Positions 41,167-51,799 of a stretch of DNA of 64,000 nucleotides are shown here, piece after piece (within the stretch, counting starts at the first letter, position 1; each line of letters begins with the position of its first letter). Source of the DNA: a virus; IMG/VR virus record IMGVR_UViG_3300024999_000034, positions 116,839 through 180,838 of that record, one strand, 5' to 3'. The notes beneath the pieces were generated by a model that was not told the origin of the DNA, searched no databases, and saw only the letters and a program-made list of their open reading frames with translations. A program made the position numbers and the translations under genes.

Positions 41167-42552
41167 GTGAAGGAGAGATATTTAATGCTTAAAGAAAAAT
41201 CAGTTGAGTTAATGCAAGAATTAAATCCATTGATCGTTAAATATTCTAGTAATGACAAGGTAAGAAAAATAATTTTAAATGAGTTTTCCAAAAGGAATAT
41301 GAGTGGTCGGTTGGCACTATCTATTTTAAACGAGAAAAGAGTATTATCAACATTAGATATCGATGAAGGGAAAGACTTGATATTATTATTTGTTTTTACT
41401 AGTGCAATGTACAATGCATTGACATTTAAAGAAGCAGATGATAAAGAACCTTTGGGAGAAATAGAAGAGTCATTTAAAATAACTCTCGAAAACTATTTTA
41501 CTGAAATTGAGATTGAAAGTCTATTAAACCACACATTTGAAAAAAAAGTTGATGAAAAAGATGAGGCTATTGTTTTTCCAAAAATGAATTTGATTGCTCC
41601 TGGATTTTATTCTGGGTATATGTCTGGAAAACATTTTGCTGAATTAGATGCTGGAAATGAATTCATCTATAATTTTAAAACCCAGCGTGATCCAATTATT
41701 AATGTATCTGGAATGAAAGAAATACATTTAAATAAGAAAAACGCAAAAGAAATTAGAGATGGTTTGCTTTCAGGCGATCAATTCCCAACTACTATAGTGG
41801 TAAATGTTCTTCGAGATGGATCAGACGAAATAATCTACAACGAAAAAAATGGAGACTTGACTATTGTTTCAGGAACTAAAAACCTTGTTGACGGAATGCA
41901 TAGAAAAGTGGGTAATAGCTTAGCCCTTGCTCTTAATCCAGATTTGCAATTTAATTGGTTGTTAGTTGTGATAAACTATAGCGAGGTTAGAGCGCAAAAA
42001 TATATGGTTGAAATTAACAAGCAACAAAAAATGAAGCAGGAACATGTTGATAACATGGATACTTCTAATCTTGGAAACATTGTTGTAGACAACATTAAAG
42101 ATATTGACAACGCTGAATTCTCTGGGCATATTAAAGACAGCGATAAAGAACTAGAACATGGTGGTATGGTAAAAAAATCAACATTAGCAACTAGTATAGA
42201 AGAGTGTTACAAGGATAAACTAACTAATAAAATTGAAGCAAAAAAGATAGCAAAGCATATTGCTAATGTTGTAGATTATGTTATAGGATTACACGCAGAA
42301 GAGTTTATAGAGCATTCTGAAGCTACTAAGAAAGAAAGTTATATCAATCATAAGAATATGTTTGCAGGATATGTTGCCTTATCTGAAAGATTATATGAAG
42401 TAAAGGATTGGGAAGATTTATTAGAAGAAATTCTTAATCAAATTGATTTTAGTGTTAAAAATTCTTTCTGGAAAGATATTGGAATATCAGATTCAGATAT
42501 GAAAAAGTCTACCAGAAACAATTTATATAAATTCTTTCAGAAATTAGTTTAA
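41167..42552 (+). CDS. DndB/ParB-like (DGQHR-type) protein, SPbeta YopQ-like
   Basis: FPTTIVVNV and LVDGMHR motif; position ahead of a recombinase-fold gene. Confidence 0.6.
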   Translation: MKERYLMLKEKSVELMQELNPLIVKYSSNDKVRKIILNEFSKRNMSGRLALSILNEKRVLSTLDIDEGKDLILLFVFTSAMYNALTFKEADDKEPLGEIEESFKITLENYFTEIEIESLLNHTFEKKVDEKDEAIVFPKMNLIAPGFYSGYMSGKHFAELDAGNEFIYNFKTQRDPIINVSGMKEIHLNKKNAKEIRDGLLSGDQFPTTIVVNVLRDGSDEIIYNEKNGDLTIVSGTKNLVDGMHRKVGNSLALALNPDLQFNWLLVVINYSEVRAQKYMVEINKQQKMKQEHVDNMDTSNLGNIVVDNIKDIDNAEFSGHIKDSDKELEHGGMVKKSTLATSIEECYKDKLTNKIEAKKIAKHIANVVDYVIGLHAEEFIEHSEATKKESYINHKNMFAGYVALSERLYEVKDWEDLLEEILNQIDFSVKNSFWKDIGISDSDMKKSTRNNLYKFFQKLV

Positions 42553-42586
42553 TTTTTCTAATATTTATTTATAAGGGGTGTTTTAA

Positions 42587-43633
42587 TTGGTTATTAATGA
42601 AGTTAATAATGGGTTGCAAAATGAAGAGGTGGTATTTGAGGTTGATTCAGAAGTGAAAAAGGAATTTCTAGAAAAACAATTAAAGTCAACTAGAAGTTTC
42701 TACACTTATGTTCTCAAAAGAGCAGATGAATTTGAATCACAACTTGGGAAAAAGATTTACGATTTTAATATTGAAGATCGCGATGAGATGTTGACTGTTC
42801 AGTTTAAGAATAAGAATAAATGGACGTTTCAATCTGCATTATCTCCTTTAAAAACTTATGTTGACTTCTGTATTTCTAAGAATTTAGTTAGACACAATGA
42901 AAACAGGTTTATGACTATTCTTCCGTCAGATTATGATGATTATGTTAGTGATCAAGCAAAAAACAGTTCTTATATCCCTTTATCAGAATCCAGAGAATTT
43001 CAAAAAAGATTAGCAAATGATCAAGATAAATTAATCATTGAATTATCTAGTTTAGGGGTTAGGGGAAGAACTGAAAAAGGCAATACACTTGAAGAGTTTG
43101 TAAATCTCAAAGTAAAAGATATTAAGTGGAAAGATAAGGAATTATGGCTCACTAAAAACAATGGGGAGCAAAGGTATATCAATGTTGATGATTATACTTT
43201 AGATTTACTAAAACGAGTTATTAACCAAACTTTCTATGTATCTAACAATGGATTAAAGACTAAAAAGAATGATTTAGGAGAATTCGAAAAGACTAATAGA
43301 GGCAGGGCTATAAGTCCGACTGAGTATGTTTTTAGAGTTCCAGGAAAGAATAGAAAAGGCAAAGTTGCTTATCAATTTTTTACTAGCAGAATTCAACGGA
43401 TGCAAAGTTGGTTAGAAGCTCCGTATTTAAATAGTTCTAATTTATATTTTTCTGCAATTTTAGATTATGCAAAAAACATGTTAGATGAGAAAAAAGCAAA
43501 AGGAGAAAAAGCAGAATTAACTAGAGAAGAATATATTCGAATTAATGAAAGATTTGAATTTGGTGAAAACGGAGAAAAATATGTGTTTAAGACTAGAGAT
43601 TTAGTTAAAATGCACTTTGGTAACGGAGAGTAA
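42587..43633 (+). CDS. Tyrosine-recombinase-fold protein with a degenerate active site, SPbeta YopR/MrpR-like master repressor candidate
   Basis: SAM-like N-domain (LSPLKTYVDFC), LGVRG...EFVNLKVKDI box I; the HxxR box is replaced by SNLYFS; no obvious C-terminal catalytic Tyr box. Confidence 0.65.
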   Translation: MVINEVNNGLQNEEVVFEVDSEVKKEFLEKQLKSTRSFYTYVLKRADEFESQLGKKIYDFNIEDRDEMLTVQFKNKNKWTFQSALSPLKTYVDFCISKNLVRHNENRFMTILPSDYDDYVSDQAKNSSYIPLSESREFQKRLANDQDKLIIELSSLGVRGRTEKGNTLEEFVNLKVKDIKWKDKELWLTKNNGEQRYINVDDYTLDLLKRVINQTFYVSNNGLKTKKNDLGEFEKTNRGRAISPTEYVFRVPGKNRKGKVAYQFFTSRIQRMQSWLEAPYLNSSNLYFSAILDYAKNMLDEKKAKGEKAELTREEYIRINERFEFGENGEKYVFKTRDLVKMHFGNGE

Positions 43634-43638
43634 ATATT

Positions 43639-44043
43639 ATGAAAAATACACTAGCTGAGATGTGGAAAAAATACAATTTACTTCTCTCTTTTAAAAATGA
43701 AATGAATAAGAGAGGATATCCTTCAAAGAGTTTGTATAGTATTGAAACACAAATGAGTGTTTTGATGCTTTTGATTGAAATTGAAAGTATAAATGTTTTA
43801 GAAGTCTTGCTAAAAGGAAAAACTTATTTCAGATTATTAAAGAAGATTAACAGGGGATTTGAGTATTTATATGAAATTGTAGAATCTCCAGAGGACTGGG
43901 TGTTGAACAAAATTGAAAATGATGTTGATGCGTGGATTGATTCAAATGTATTAATTTTTACATGCAAAAGTTCTACTGCTGTATTTAGTAAGATATCACG
44001 CAAAAGTGATGGAGCAAAATATATTGATGGAAAATTTCAATAA
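43639..44043 (+). CDS. Hypothetical protein
   Basis: 134-aa ORF in the same operon. Confidence 0.55.
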   Translation: MKNTLAEMWKKYNLLLSFKNEMNKRGYPSKSLYSIETQMSVLMLLIEIESINVLEVLLKGKTYFRLLKKINRGFEYLYEIVESPEDWVLNKIENDVDAWIDSNVLIFTCKSSTAVFSKISRKSDGAKYIDGKFQ

Positions 44044-44046
44044 GAG

Positions 44047-44463
44047 GTGTGCTTTATGAACGTAGGAGAAAAAATTTGTCTATACAAAGAAAGATTAAAT
44101 TTTAGAGATTATCAAGAATTTGGCAGGGCAGTTGGTATCAGTGGCAATTGGATAAATGAAACATCTAAGAAATCAGAGATTAAACAAATCAACGACTTAG
44201 GTTATTTAGTTAAATTGTGTGGATTTTTAGGAATTACGATAGATGAATTTTTAAGAGACGATGTAATTGAAACCGATGAATCAATTGAACCTAAAATTAT
44301 TGATGTAAATTCGGAAGATATTGGTATTTTGCTCAATAATATGATATTATTACTAGGAAGAGAGGGTATAAAAATAGATGGGGCATTAATGAATGATAAG
44401 AGTAAAGAAATTTGTATAGATAGTCTTGCGGTAGTAAGAACACTAGTCAAACAACATTTGTAA
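44047..44463 (+). CDS. XRE-family HTH transcriptional regulator
   Basis: YQEFGRAVGISGNWIN...LVKLCGFLGITIDEFL. Confidence 0.75.
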   Translation: MCFMNVGEKICLYKERLNFRDYQEFGRAVGISGNWINETSKKSEIKQINDLGYLVKLCGFLGITIDEFLRDDVIETDESIEPKIIDVNSEDIGILLNNMILLLGREGIKIDGALMNDKSKEICIDSLAVVRTLVKQHL

Positions 44464-44469
44464 TGGAGG

Positions 44470-45339
44470 TTGATAATTATGATTAGAAAGAATTACAGGT
44501 CGGTAGACACATATGAAATGGATGATATTGAAGTATACTCATTAGTTAAAAATGGCAGTCTTAGGGCGTTTCCTTCAGGCTTTTGGGAAGGCGTGATAGG
44601 TCTTCAAACTGCTAAGAAAATTCTAAAATATGTTTTTGAGAATCTTCTAAATTGGTCTATTGAGGATATAAAAGCAAAATCAACTAGAGAGATGTTTGAA
44701 GAATATAAATTAGTTGGAATGGTTAGCACTGCATTTGATGGTAGTATGTATATTGCTATTGGAGAAACTTATCCTGAACTTAAAGAATGGGCAGATGAAT
44801 TATATCATACAAATGAACATGCTGATTTTGTCTATAGAAAATATTCAGATGATGAATTAATTAGTATTCTCCAAGAAAAAGCAAAAGAGTTAAAGAGAAT
44901 TCCAAAAGGTGTTGATATGAAAACGCCTAGTAGTGGAATTTATAATCGGAGATTTGGTTCATGGGAAAAATCTTTAATGAAAGCAGGTATAATTGAAGAT
45001 ATTTATAAAAATGTTGATTTTGGAAAGAATTCTAAGGAATCTGTCATATCAAATTTAAAAGAATTATTTGCAAGCAAAGAAAGAGTATTGGACAAGAAAG
45101 AAATACTTGCTATTTATCCAGAAGGATTGATTAAAGAATACTTTGGAACTTATAATAATCTTGAAAAAGTTATTGTAGGTGAGTATACTAAAAGGGATCT
45201 TATCAAAATATTAAAAAAGAAGAAAGAAAAATTAGGCAGAACTCCAAGTAATAAAGATATGAAGTTTCCAATGGCTATTGTGTTCATAGATAAATTTGGG
45301 AGCTGGCAGGAGGCGATTGACAAATTGGAGAAAACTTAA
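44470..45339 (+). CDS. DUF4046-like domain plus homing-endonuclease-associated repeats
   Basis: FPSGFW...LNWSIEDI; YSDDELISILQEKAKELKRIP...RRFGSW and ...LGRTPS...KFGSW repeats. Confidence 0.6.
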   Translation: MIIMIRKNYRSVDTYEMDDIEVYSLVKNGSLRAFPSGFWEGVIGLQTAKKILKYVFENLLNWSIEDIKAKSTREMFEEYKLVGMVSTAFDGSMYIAIGETYPELKEWADELYHTNEHADFVYRKYSDDELISILQEKAKELKRIPKGVDMKTPSSGIYNRRFGSWEKSLMKAGIIEDIYKNVDFGKNSKESVISNLKELFASKERVLDKKEILAIYPEGLIKEYFGTYNNLEKVIVGEYTKRDLIKILKKKKEKLGRTPSNKDMKFPMAIVFIDKFGSWQEAIDKLEKT

Positions 45340-45343
45340 TTGT

Positions 45344-45382
45344 TTTACAATGGATATTGAGGTATGTTATAATATCTCAATA
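45344..45382 (+). promoter_or_regulatory. sigmaA promoter with an inverted repeat flanking the -10
   Basis: TTTACA-N18-TATAAT; ATTGAGGTAT...ATATCTCAAT. Confidence 0.55.
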
Positions 45383-45432
45383 ATACATAATCTAGGATAT
45401 TATTAAAATATAATTAGAAAGCGAGTTAAGCA

Positions 45433-46005
45433 ATGAGGAAGAATCCACTAAAGCATACTAAATTATTTGTCACATTTATTAGTGTGTTTATTCTCATAGG
45501 TAGCACAAATGGAAATCATGTTATAAATAAAGATATAAAAAGTATTAAACATATTGACAATGTAAGGAGTGATGCAAATGTAAATATATTGGAAGAAATG
45601 AGAAAACAATACATAGTGAAAGTAAAACCAGTAGAGAAAGTTATTCCAAAAAAAGAAAATATATTTCTAGTCACAGTGTATGACCTTTCCTTCCAGTCAT
45701 GCCAGAAGTCAAGAGGTAATTCAGATTATGGTATTACTGCTTCAGGATATGACTTGAGAGGCCACACATTATCGTCTGCTAAGGTTATTTCTGTAGACCC
45801 TACTATTATATCACTTGGAAGTAAAGTCAGGCTCACATTCAAAGAAGATAAGTATAAGAAGTATAATGGAATCTACACGGCAAGCGATGTTGGAGGTGGA
45901 ATTAAAAATAAGAAAATAGATTTGTTTGTTGGAGATAATATTTGGTCTAGAAAAAACATAAGAGATTTCGGTGTGAGAGAATGCGTTGTAGAAATAATTG
46001 AGTAA
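45433..46005 (+). CDS. 3D-domain (MltA-like) cell-wall protein with an N-terminal signal anchor
   Basis: ITASG, ISVDP..ISLGSKV, ASDVGGGIKNKKIDLF. Confidence 0.85.
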   Translation: MRKNPLKHTKLFVTFISVFILIGSTNGNHVINKDIKSIKHIDNVRSDANVNILEEMRKQYIVKVKPVEKVIPKKENIFLVTVYDLSFQSCQKSRGNSDYGITASGYDLRGHTLSSAKVISVDPTIISLGSKVRLTFKEDKYKKYNGIYTASDVGGGIKNKKIDLFVGDNIWSRKNIRDFGVRECVVEIIE

Positions 46006-46105
46006 TTAGTTATAAAAGTGTAACAATTTTAGATAATTTGAATATTATTGTTATTGTGAACAAATTAATAAATGTAAAAATAAATATTAAGGAGATGTTT
46101 TATTT

Positions 46106-47735
46106 ATGAGTAATCTAGCAATGCGAGATTGTATAGTGGAACCTTATAAAGATTTCTTTGATAAATTAAAGGTTCTAAAGAAATTACAAAAGGAGATGTT
46201 AATTAAGCATGGTAAAAATAAGAAATACAACATTATAGACTTAGATAGTTGCATCATGATTGAGTTTAAAAGTGAAAGAATTTATCATTAACCATACATA
46301 ACGTAAGGCAAAATTAAATATTCCCAACCCACTGAATTTTCTGACCTTATTCGTATAAATCATAAAAGGGACAAGGTAAATTTAAATGAAAGAAGAGTGA
46401 AAAGCAATATGATTATCACTAAAAGTATAGAGGTTCTAGAGGTTAAACAAATTGTAGTAGGAAAGCAGTGTAATAAATGTGGCAATATTTTTAGCCCTCA
46501 TGCTGAAGATATTCACCCATCAAATACTGACTTAGGAGACTATGGCAACTGTAAATCAGAAATATGCAATAGTTGTTGGTTAAAATTCATAAAGTCTTTT
46601 GCAATAGTTCCTACTAATTTCAAAAGTAGTCCTCATTTTACATCTTCATTTGATTTAGATCATGATTTACACCAGTCTTTATTCGAAGAGTGGCAAATAA
46701 CAAATGTATGGAATTGCGATGAGAATCCTTGGAGAGATTTTTACAATGAAGACAATTCAGATCAAGAAGATGAATCTTATGAGGAATATTACGATTACTA
46801 TGAAGAACTTTCCGATGCAATAGAAATACGCAAACCTTTACATATTAATGTTGCAAGGTTAGCAACTGTTTATAAAATTGGATTAGCAAAAAGAGGTGGT
46901 AATTAATGGAAAATAAAGAAGATGCATTATTTGACGTAACAACATTAAAAACAGGAGATATAATTCATTATTTAGCTCATGATAACGGAAATTATTTTAT
47001 TGAGCATGGAGAGGTTAAAAGTGAAAATATTTATAAAGATGGTGTAGAAGTTCACGGAGAAGGATGGAAACAGTATGTAGGAAAATGGTTTATAGATAGA
47101 ATTATACGAGATGAGAAAGTTATATATGAAAAGGAGAAAACAAATGAAAAAACAAAATGAAGATAAATATCTTCCATACACTAAAAAAGATTTTAGAAAA
47201 TATTGGTGTGATCCAGAATCTAGTTTTCCAACTTTTCAATCTTATGAAATAATTAGACCATTCACAGAAGAAGAGAAACTAGATTGGACAAAAGGTGAGG
47301 ACTATGATGAAGAAGTATATTTAGTAAAAAGTTTTGATGAGTTAGGATCAGTGGATGAATACTGTGCGTCTGATAGAGATATTCTTGTTGAATGTGAAAT
47401 TGACGCAGAGACATGGAGAATTTGTTTAATTAATCTGCTTGACAGAATGGAATATTGCGATGATGATATTCTAGATTTTATGAGCGAATGTAAAATTGAG
47501 CAATATATTAAGAAACATTGTTAGAAAGAAGGAATTTATTATGGATAAAAATAAATTAATTTTAAGTACAATTATGGCAACATTAGTTGATGCTTTCGAA
47601 TACAATCCAAGAAAATTAGAAACAATGATGGGAGATAAACTTGAATCATTTGATGAATATTTTAGAGATTTTTCTGAAAAACAATGTGAGGAAGAATTGC
47701 TTAAATTGTTTAATGAATATTTGAGTGTTATTTAG
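46106..47735 (+). other. Array of small hypothetical ORFs (46106..46291, 46397..46906, 46906..47160, 47144..47524, 47541..47735)
   Basis: Co-oriented ORFs with RBSs. Confidence 0.55.
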
Positions 47736-47949
47736 AGTAATTAAAATAACTATTGTATTTTAAATGAAAGGATGTAGTTAAATTGATTAAAATTACAGGT
47801 TGCACAGTAGAAGAAATTGTAGAATTTATTGATAATCTTAAATGTATTTATGGTTATTCTAATTGTGATGATTTTAATAGTTGTTACCAATGTAAGCTTA
47901 AATATTATAAATTAGAAGTTAATATTGTTTCAGGGAAGTAGGTAATATA

Positions 47950-48279
47950 ATGATTAATATTTTTATGGACGATAATCGCCCTTGTCCAGACAGATTCATA
48001 TTAGCACGTAACGCTTCAGATTGCCGTTTATTGCTCTTAGAAAATGAAGTTAATATCTTATCACTTGACCATGATCTTGGCGATGTAGATGCAGAAACGG
48101 GTTATGACTTCTGCAAATGGTTAGTAGAAGAAGGATATACTAATTCAAATATTTATCCAAAAGTAATTTATCTTCATACTGGCAATGGAGTTGGAAGAGA
48201 TAATATGTTTAAATTATTAAAAAGATATAAACCTGATTGTGTTAAATTACATCGTGGGCCTATGCCTAATAATGATTAA
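47950..48279 (+). CDS. Cyclic-phosphate-processing receiver-domain protein
   Basis: IFMDDNRP, SLDHDLG, TGYDF, IYLHTGN. Confidence 0.75.
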   Translation: MINIFMDDNRPCPDRFILARNASDCRLLLLENEVNILSLDHDLGDVDAETGYDFCKWLVEEGYTNSNIYPKVIYLHTGNGVGRDNMFKLLKRYKPDCVKLHRGPMPNND

Positions 48280-48310
48280 AATACCAAACAAAACCAATCT
48301 AATTATAACC

Positions 48311-48340
48311 GAACACAACAGAACAGATACGAACAGATAT
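48311..48340. repeat. Three tandem 10-bp units starting GAACA
   Basis: GAACACAACA-GAACAGATAC-GAACAGATAT. Confidence 0.6.
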
Positions 48341-50091
48341 TGGAGGTGAATAAATTGATTGCTATTTTAAATTACTATGATAATCCAAGATTAAGTGATG
48401 TAGAATCAGTTCGCAAAGGAGACAAGGTCAAATCTATCACAAATGATTTTGATTTAACCGAAGGCAAAGAATATGAAATTATTGAAGTAAATAATCCAAC
48501 TATGATTACCATTATGAATGATGTTGGAGAAATTGATATGTATACTGTGGAATATTTTAAATTGTAGAAGGAGTAAAATATTATGGAACTAAAGAATTAT
48601 TCAGATGAATGTTTGAAATGTAAATGTAGGACTTGTAGAAGAACATATAAGTTAAATCAAAATCTATCTGCCTGTAATACTTGGTGCGATAAAACTTGTA
48701 AAGGTAACAAGATGGCATTAAAAGTGTATGATGATGAAAATTGTCACGATTATATTTTAATAGAAAACTAGAAATGAAAGGAAGTTAGTAATATGAAAGT
48801 ATATAAACACTTAGCAAATGAAGAGGTAAAAGTTATCAACGGAATTTTCAAAGGAATCACTGGTTATCCTGAACAAATAGAAACGAGCTGTAGCGAAAAT
48901 TCATCAATACATATTCGAGTTAAAAGATAATCTTATCAAGGTAGATTTTAACGATGTTGAATTTTTGTATGATGATTATTTAGTATATAGATTAAACTGG
49001 ATATCAAACGAAACAAAAGTAGATGAAATTATTGGCAAAGTTAGAATAAGAAAAGATAAAGTAGAAGATTTTTTAGCTCAAAATTACAATAGCAAAGATT
49101 ATTCTTATATTAGTATATGTGCTATTCCAATGGATAAAGTTGAATTTAAGTTTCAAGACAAATCTTTAACTATTGAAGAAATTAAGAAAATTGTAAATTA
49201 GGAAAAATATAAGTGAAAGAAGGAATATAAATGAAGATTCATATGGATTGTTATGGAAAATATTCTGAGAAAAATATAATGTGCCAAATGTGTAAAAGAA
49301 TTAGTGATAGTATGTTTGATTCTTGTGGAGACGAATCTAAAATTAAACAAGATGAATTAAATGCAAGAAATGAGTTACGTCAGGAAATAGAAAAAATAAA
49401 ACAAAATTGCAAATATCTTGGTACTTCATGGGATGAAAGAGATCAATTTGATAGTTGTCATAAAAATGGTAATGGATACAGAAGACATGCAGATGATTGT
49501 GTGCCAAGTTTAGATTGTGAGAAGTACTGTAAAGAAAAAATAAGTTAAGAGAAGGGGATATGAATAAAATGGAATTAAGAATGTTAAGTGAAAAATGCCT
49601 AGCTTGTTATTGTAGAACCTACAAAAATTCATATGAATACAATGAAGAGTATTTCGCTTGTTTTGATTGGTGTGAAAAATCATGTAAAGGTAAGTCAACA
49701 GAAGTTTTAGAAAAAGAAGGTTGCTATAAACCTATTAAATAAATACAACGAAATACAGATTTAAAATGGTAATAAAAGGAGAGATAAATGTTAAAAGAAA
49801 AAACAAGTTATTGTTCTAATAAAGTGGAGGAATTAGAGTATTTAAAAGATGAAACTATCAAAGGTATTATACATCATGAAGGGAAGAAGTGGATTTTGTT
49901 GGAGAGTGGCTACGGATTTTGGTTTAATCAAAACGGATCTTTTTCAATTGAGATTCCTGACGAAGTAGGCAAAATATTGAATCAACACAAAGGTAAATTA
50001 ATAGCAACTAAAAAAGCAATTGAAAATATACTTAAATTAGCAGGTGAATAATCATGCAAGTTAGTTGATTTCTGGGAAGGAGGAATTAATC

Positions 50092-50190
50092 ATGACCCAA
50101 TAACAAATTATTAAAATATGGGAATACGCTATGTATTGGCATATATCATTTTCTGAAGCAGAAAGATTATTCAAAGAAGGTAGAGTTTAA
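50092..50190 (+). pseudogene. Tiny ORF with an in-frame TAA at codon 4
   Basis: AAGGAGG RBS, ATG ACC CAA TAA CAA ATT... then open to TAA at 50188-50190. Confidence 0.4.
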
Positions 50191-50575
50191 ATCCAATCAA
50201 AGATGAGATTGCACAGAAAGTAGGAAATAAAATTGAGAAATAAATTAATTATAGAAAAATATAAGCAATTAATTGATTCACTTAAATATAAACATAAATG
50301 TATTGTAGAAACTATTGAACAATTAAATGATGATAAATTAAATCTAGAAACTGAATTAATCAATAATCTTATTTGCCCCATTTGTTATTCAATATTAAAA
50401 TTAAAAAAACGCAAAGAATATATTTATTGTAATTGTGTGAATTGTTTGTACGATACATACAAGTAAAACTACTATACAATTAAATGGTGTTAAAATTATA
50501 ATTATTCAAAGAATTTTAATTATAATATCTTCTATGGTCAAAATATATCACCTCTTTGCATTTTAAATAAAAAAG

Positions 50576-50608
50576 TACCTCTTAGTCAGGTAATCTTTCT
50601 AAGAGGTA
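50576..50608. terminator. Hairpin, probable terminator
   Basis: TACCTCTTAG-N13-CTAAGAGGTA. Confidence 0.5.
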
Positions 50609-51553
50609 AATGTGTGTAGGACAAGAATGAAATTTAGTACGAGATTATCATATCCAAGTTATGAATAATTATACAAAAGAAAGAAGGAAAGTTAAATGAA
50701 ATGTATAAAAGAGAATTGTAGAATGCCTTATATGTCAGGTAATACTGGATTTTGTCATGAACTTGAAACATTTATTTTTGGTGAAAATCCTGAATGCCCT
50801 TTGCCGAATAAGATTATAGAACTAGAAAAGAAACTAAGAGAATATAACTGTATTTTAGATAAAGTAATTGTTTATCATGCTAAAAATAAAGATGAATTAG
50901 TATGATAAAATTAAATCCTAACTCTTGGCAAGATGCTGAATATTGGTTTGAAGATGAGGAAGAAGTATTTGAGTTTATGAGAAAGAATGAAGATATGATT
51001 GTGAAATATTCTTTGGAAAATAGAATGAATTTTAGAGATGGGATTCTGTATTTGTTTAAAATTAGGGAGTGATTAAAATGATGAAAATTGAAAGGAAGAT
51101 AATCAATGAATTATATAAGCATCACAGCACTCATAAAAGATGGTGGAGATAAACAATTACAAATTACATCTGAAATGCTCGGAGAATTATCATTATCAAT
51201 CAAGAAAAATGGATCTGAAGTTGTGCAATTAAAAGATAAATCAATCATTGTTGTTGGAATATTGATTACTGGTAAAGATATGGGTGAGAGGATTATAATT
51301 TGTGGAGATTATAAGGAGAAAGGAAATAAATAATATGAGTAAACCATTAATTGAATTAATAACTAATGAATCTGCAGATTGGGAAGTATTACAAGTAAAT
51401 TTAGGAGAAGATTTTAAATGTGAAGGTCATTCAATTTCTAATCATGGATGGGTTGGTTTATTAGAAGTATTAGGATTTGAGGTAGTGAAAAAAGAAATTT
51501 CTGATGAAGATATGGAAAATGAGAGATATTAATGTAGAAGGGATTGATAATAA

Positions 51554-51799
51554 ATGATAAAAATTGAAGAATTTGAAACAAATAGAGTTTATAGACACTA
51601 TAAAGGCAACTACTATTATGTGATGGACATTGCAGAGCATACAGAAACAAATGAACTTATGGTTGTATATCATGCTTTATATAGTGATTATGAGTGTTAT
51701 GTTAGACCATTTGATATGTTTGTAGGAGAACTAGATGATGTGAGTAAATTATTATATAAACAAGAATATAGATTTGTACCTGTAGATATGGTCAAATAA
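51554..51799 (+). CDS. DUF1653 family protein
   Basis: YRHYKGNYY.V..IAEHTET.E.MVVY.ALY....YVRP..MF. Confidence 0.88.
   Translation: MIKIEEFETNRVYRHYKGNYYYVMDIAEHTETNELMVVYHALYSDYECYVRPFDMFVGELDDVSKLLYKQEYRFVPVDMVK

Noticed and set aside
41167-42552. Dnd phosphorothioation system
   Set aside because: Only a DndB-like regulator motif is present; no dndA, C, D or E genes in the window
42587-43633. Active prophage integrase
   Set aside because: The HxxR and catalytic Tyr boxes are not recognisable; context fits an MrpR-like repressor better, and no att site was seen
50495-50526. 10-bp inverted repeat ATTATAATTA/TAATTATAAT
   Set aside because: Entirely A/T in an AT-rich spacer; expected by chance
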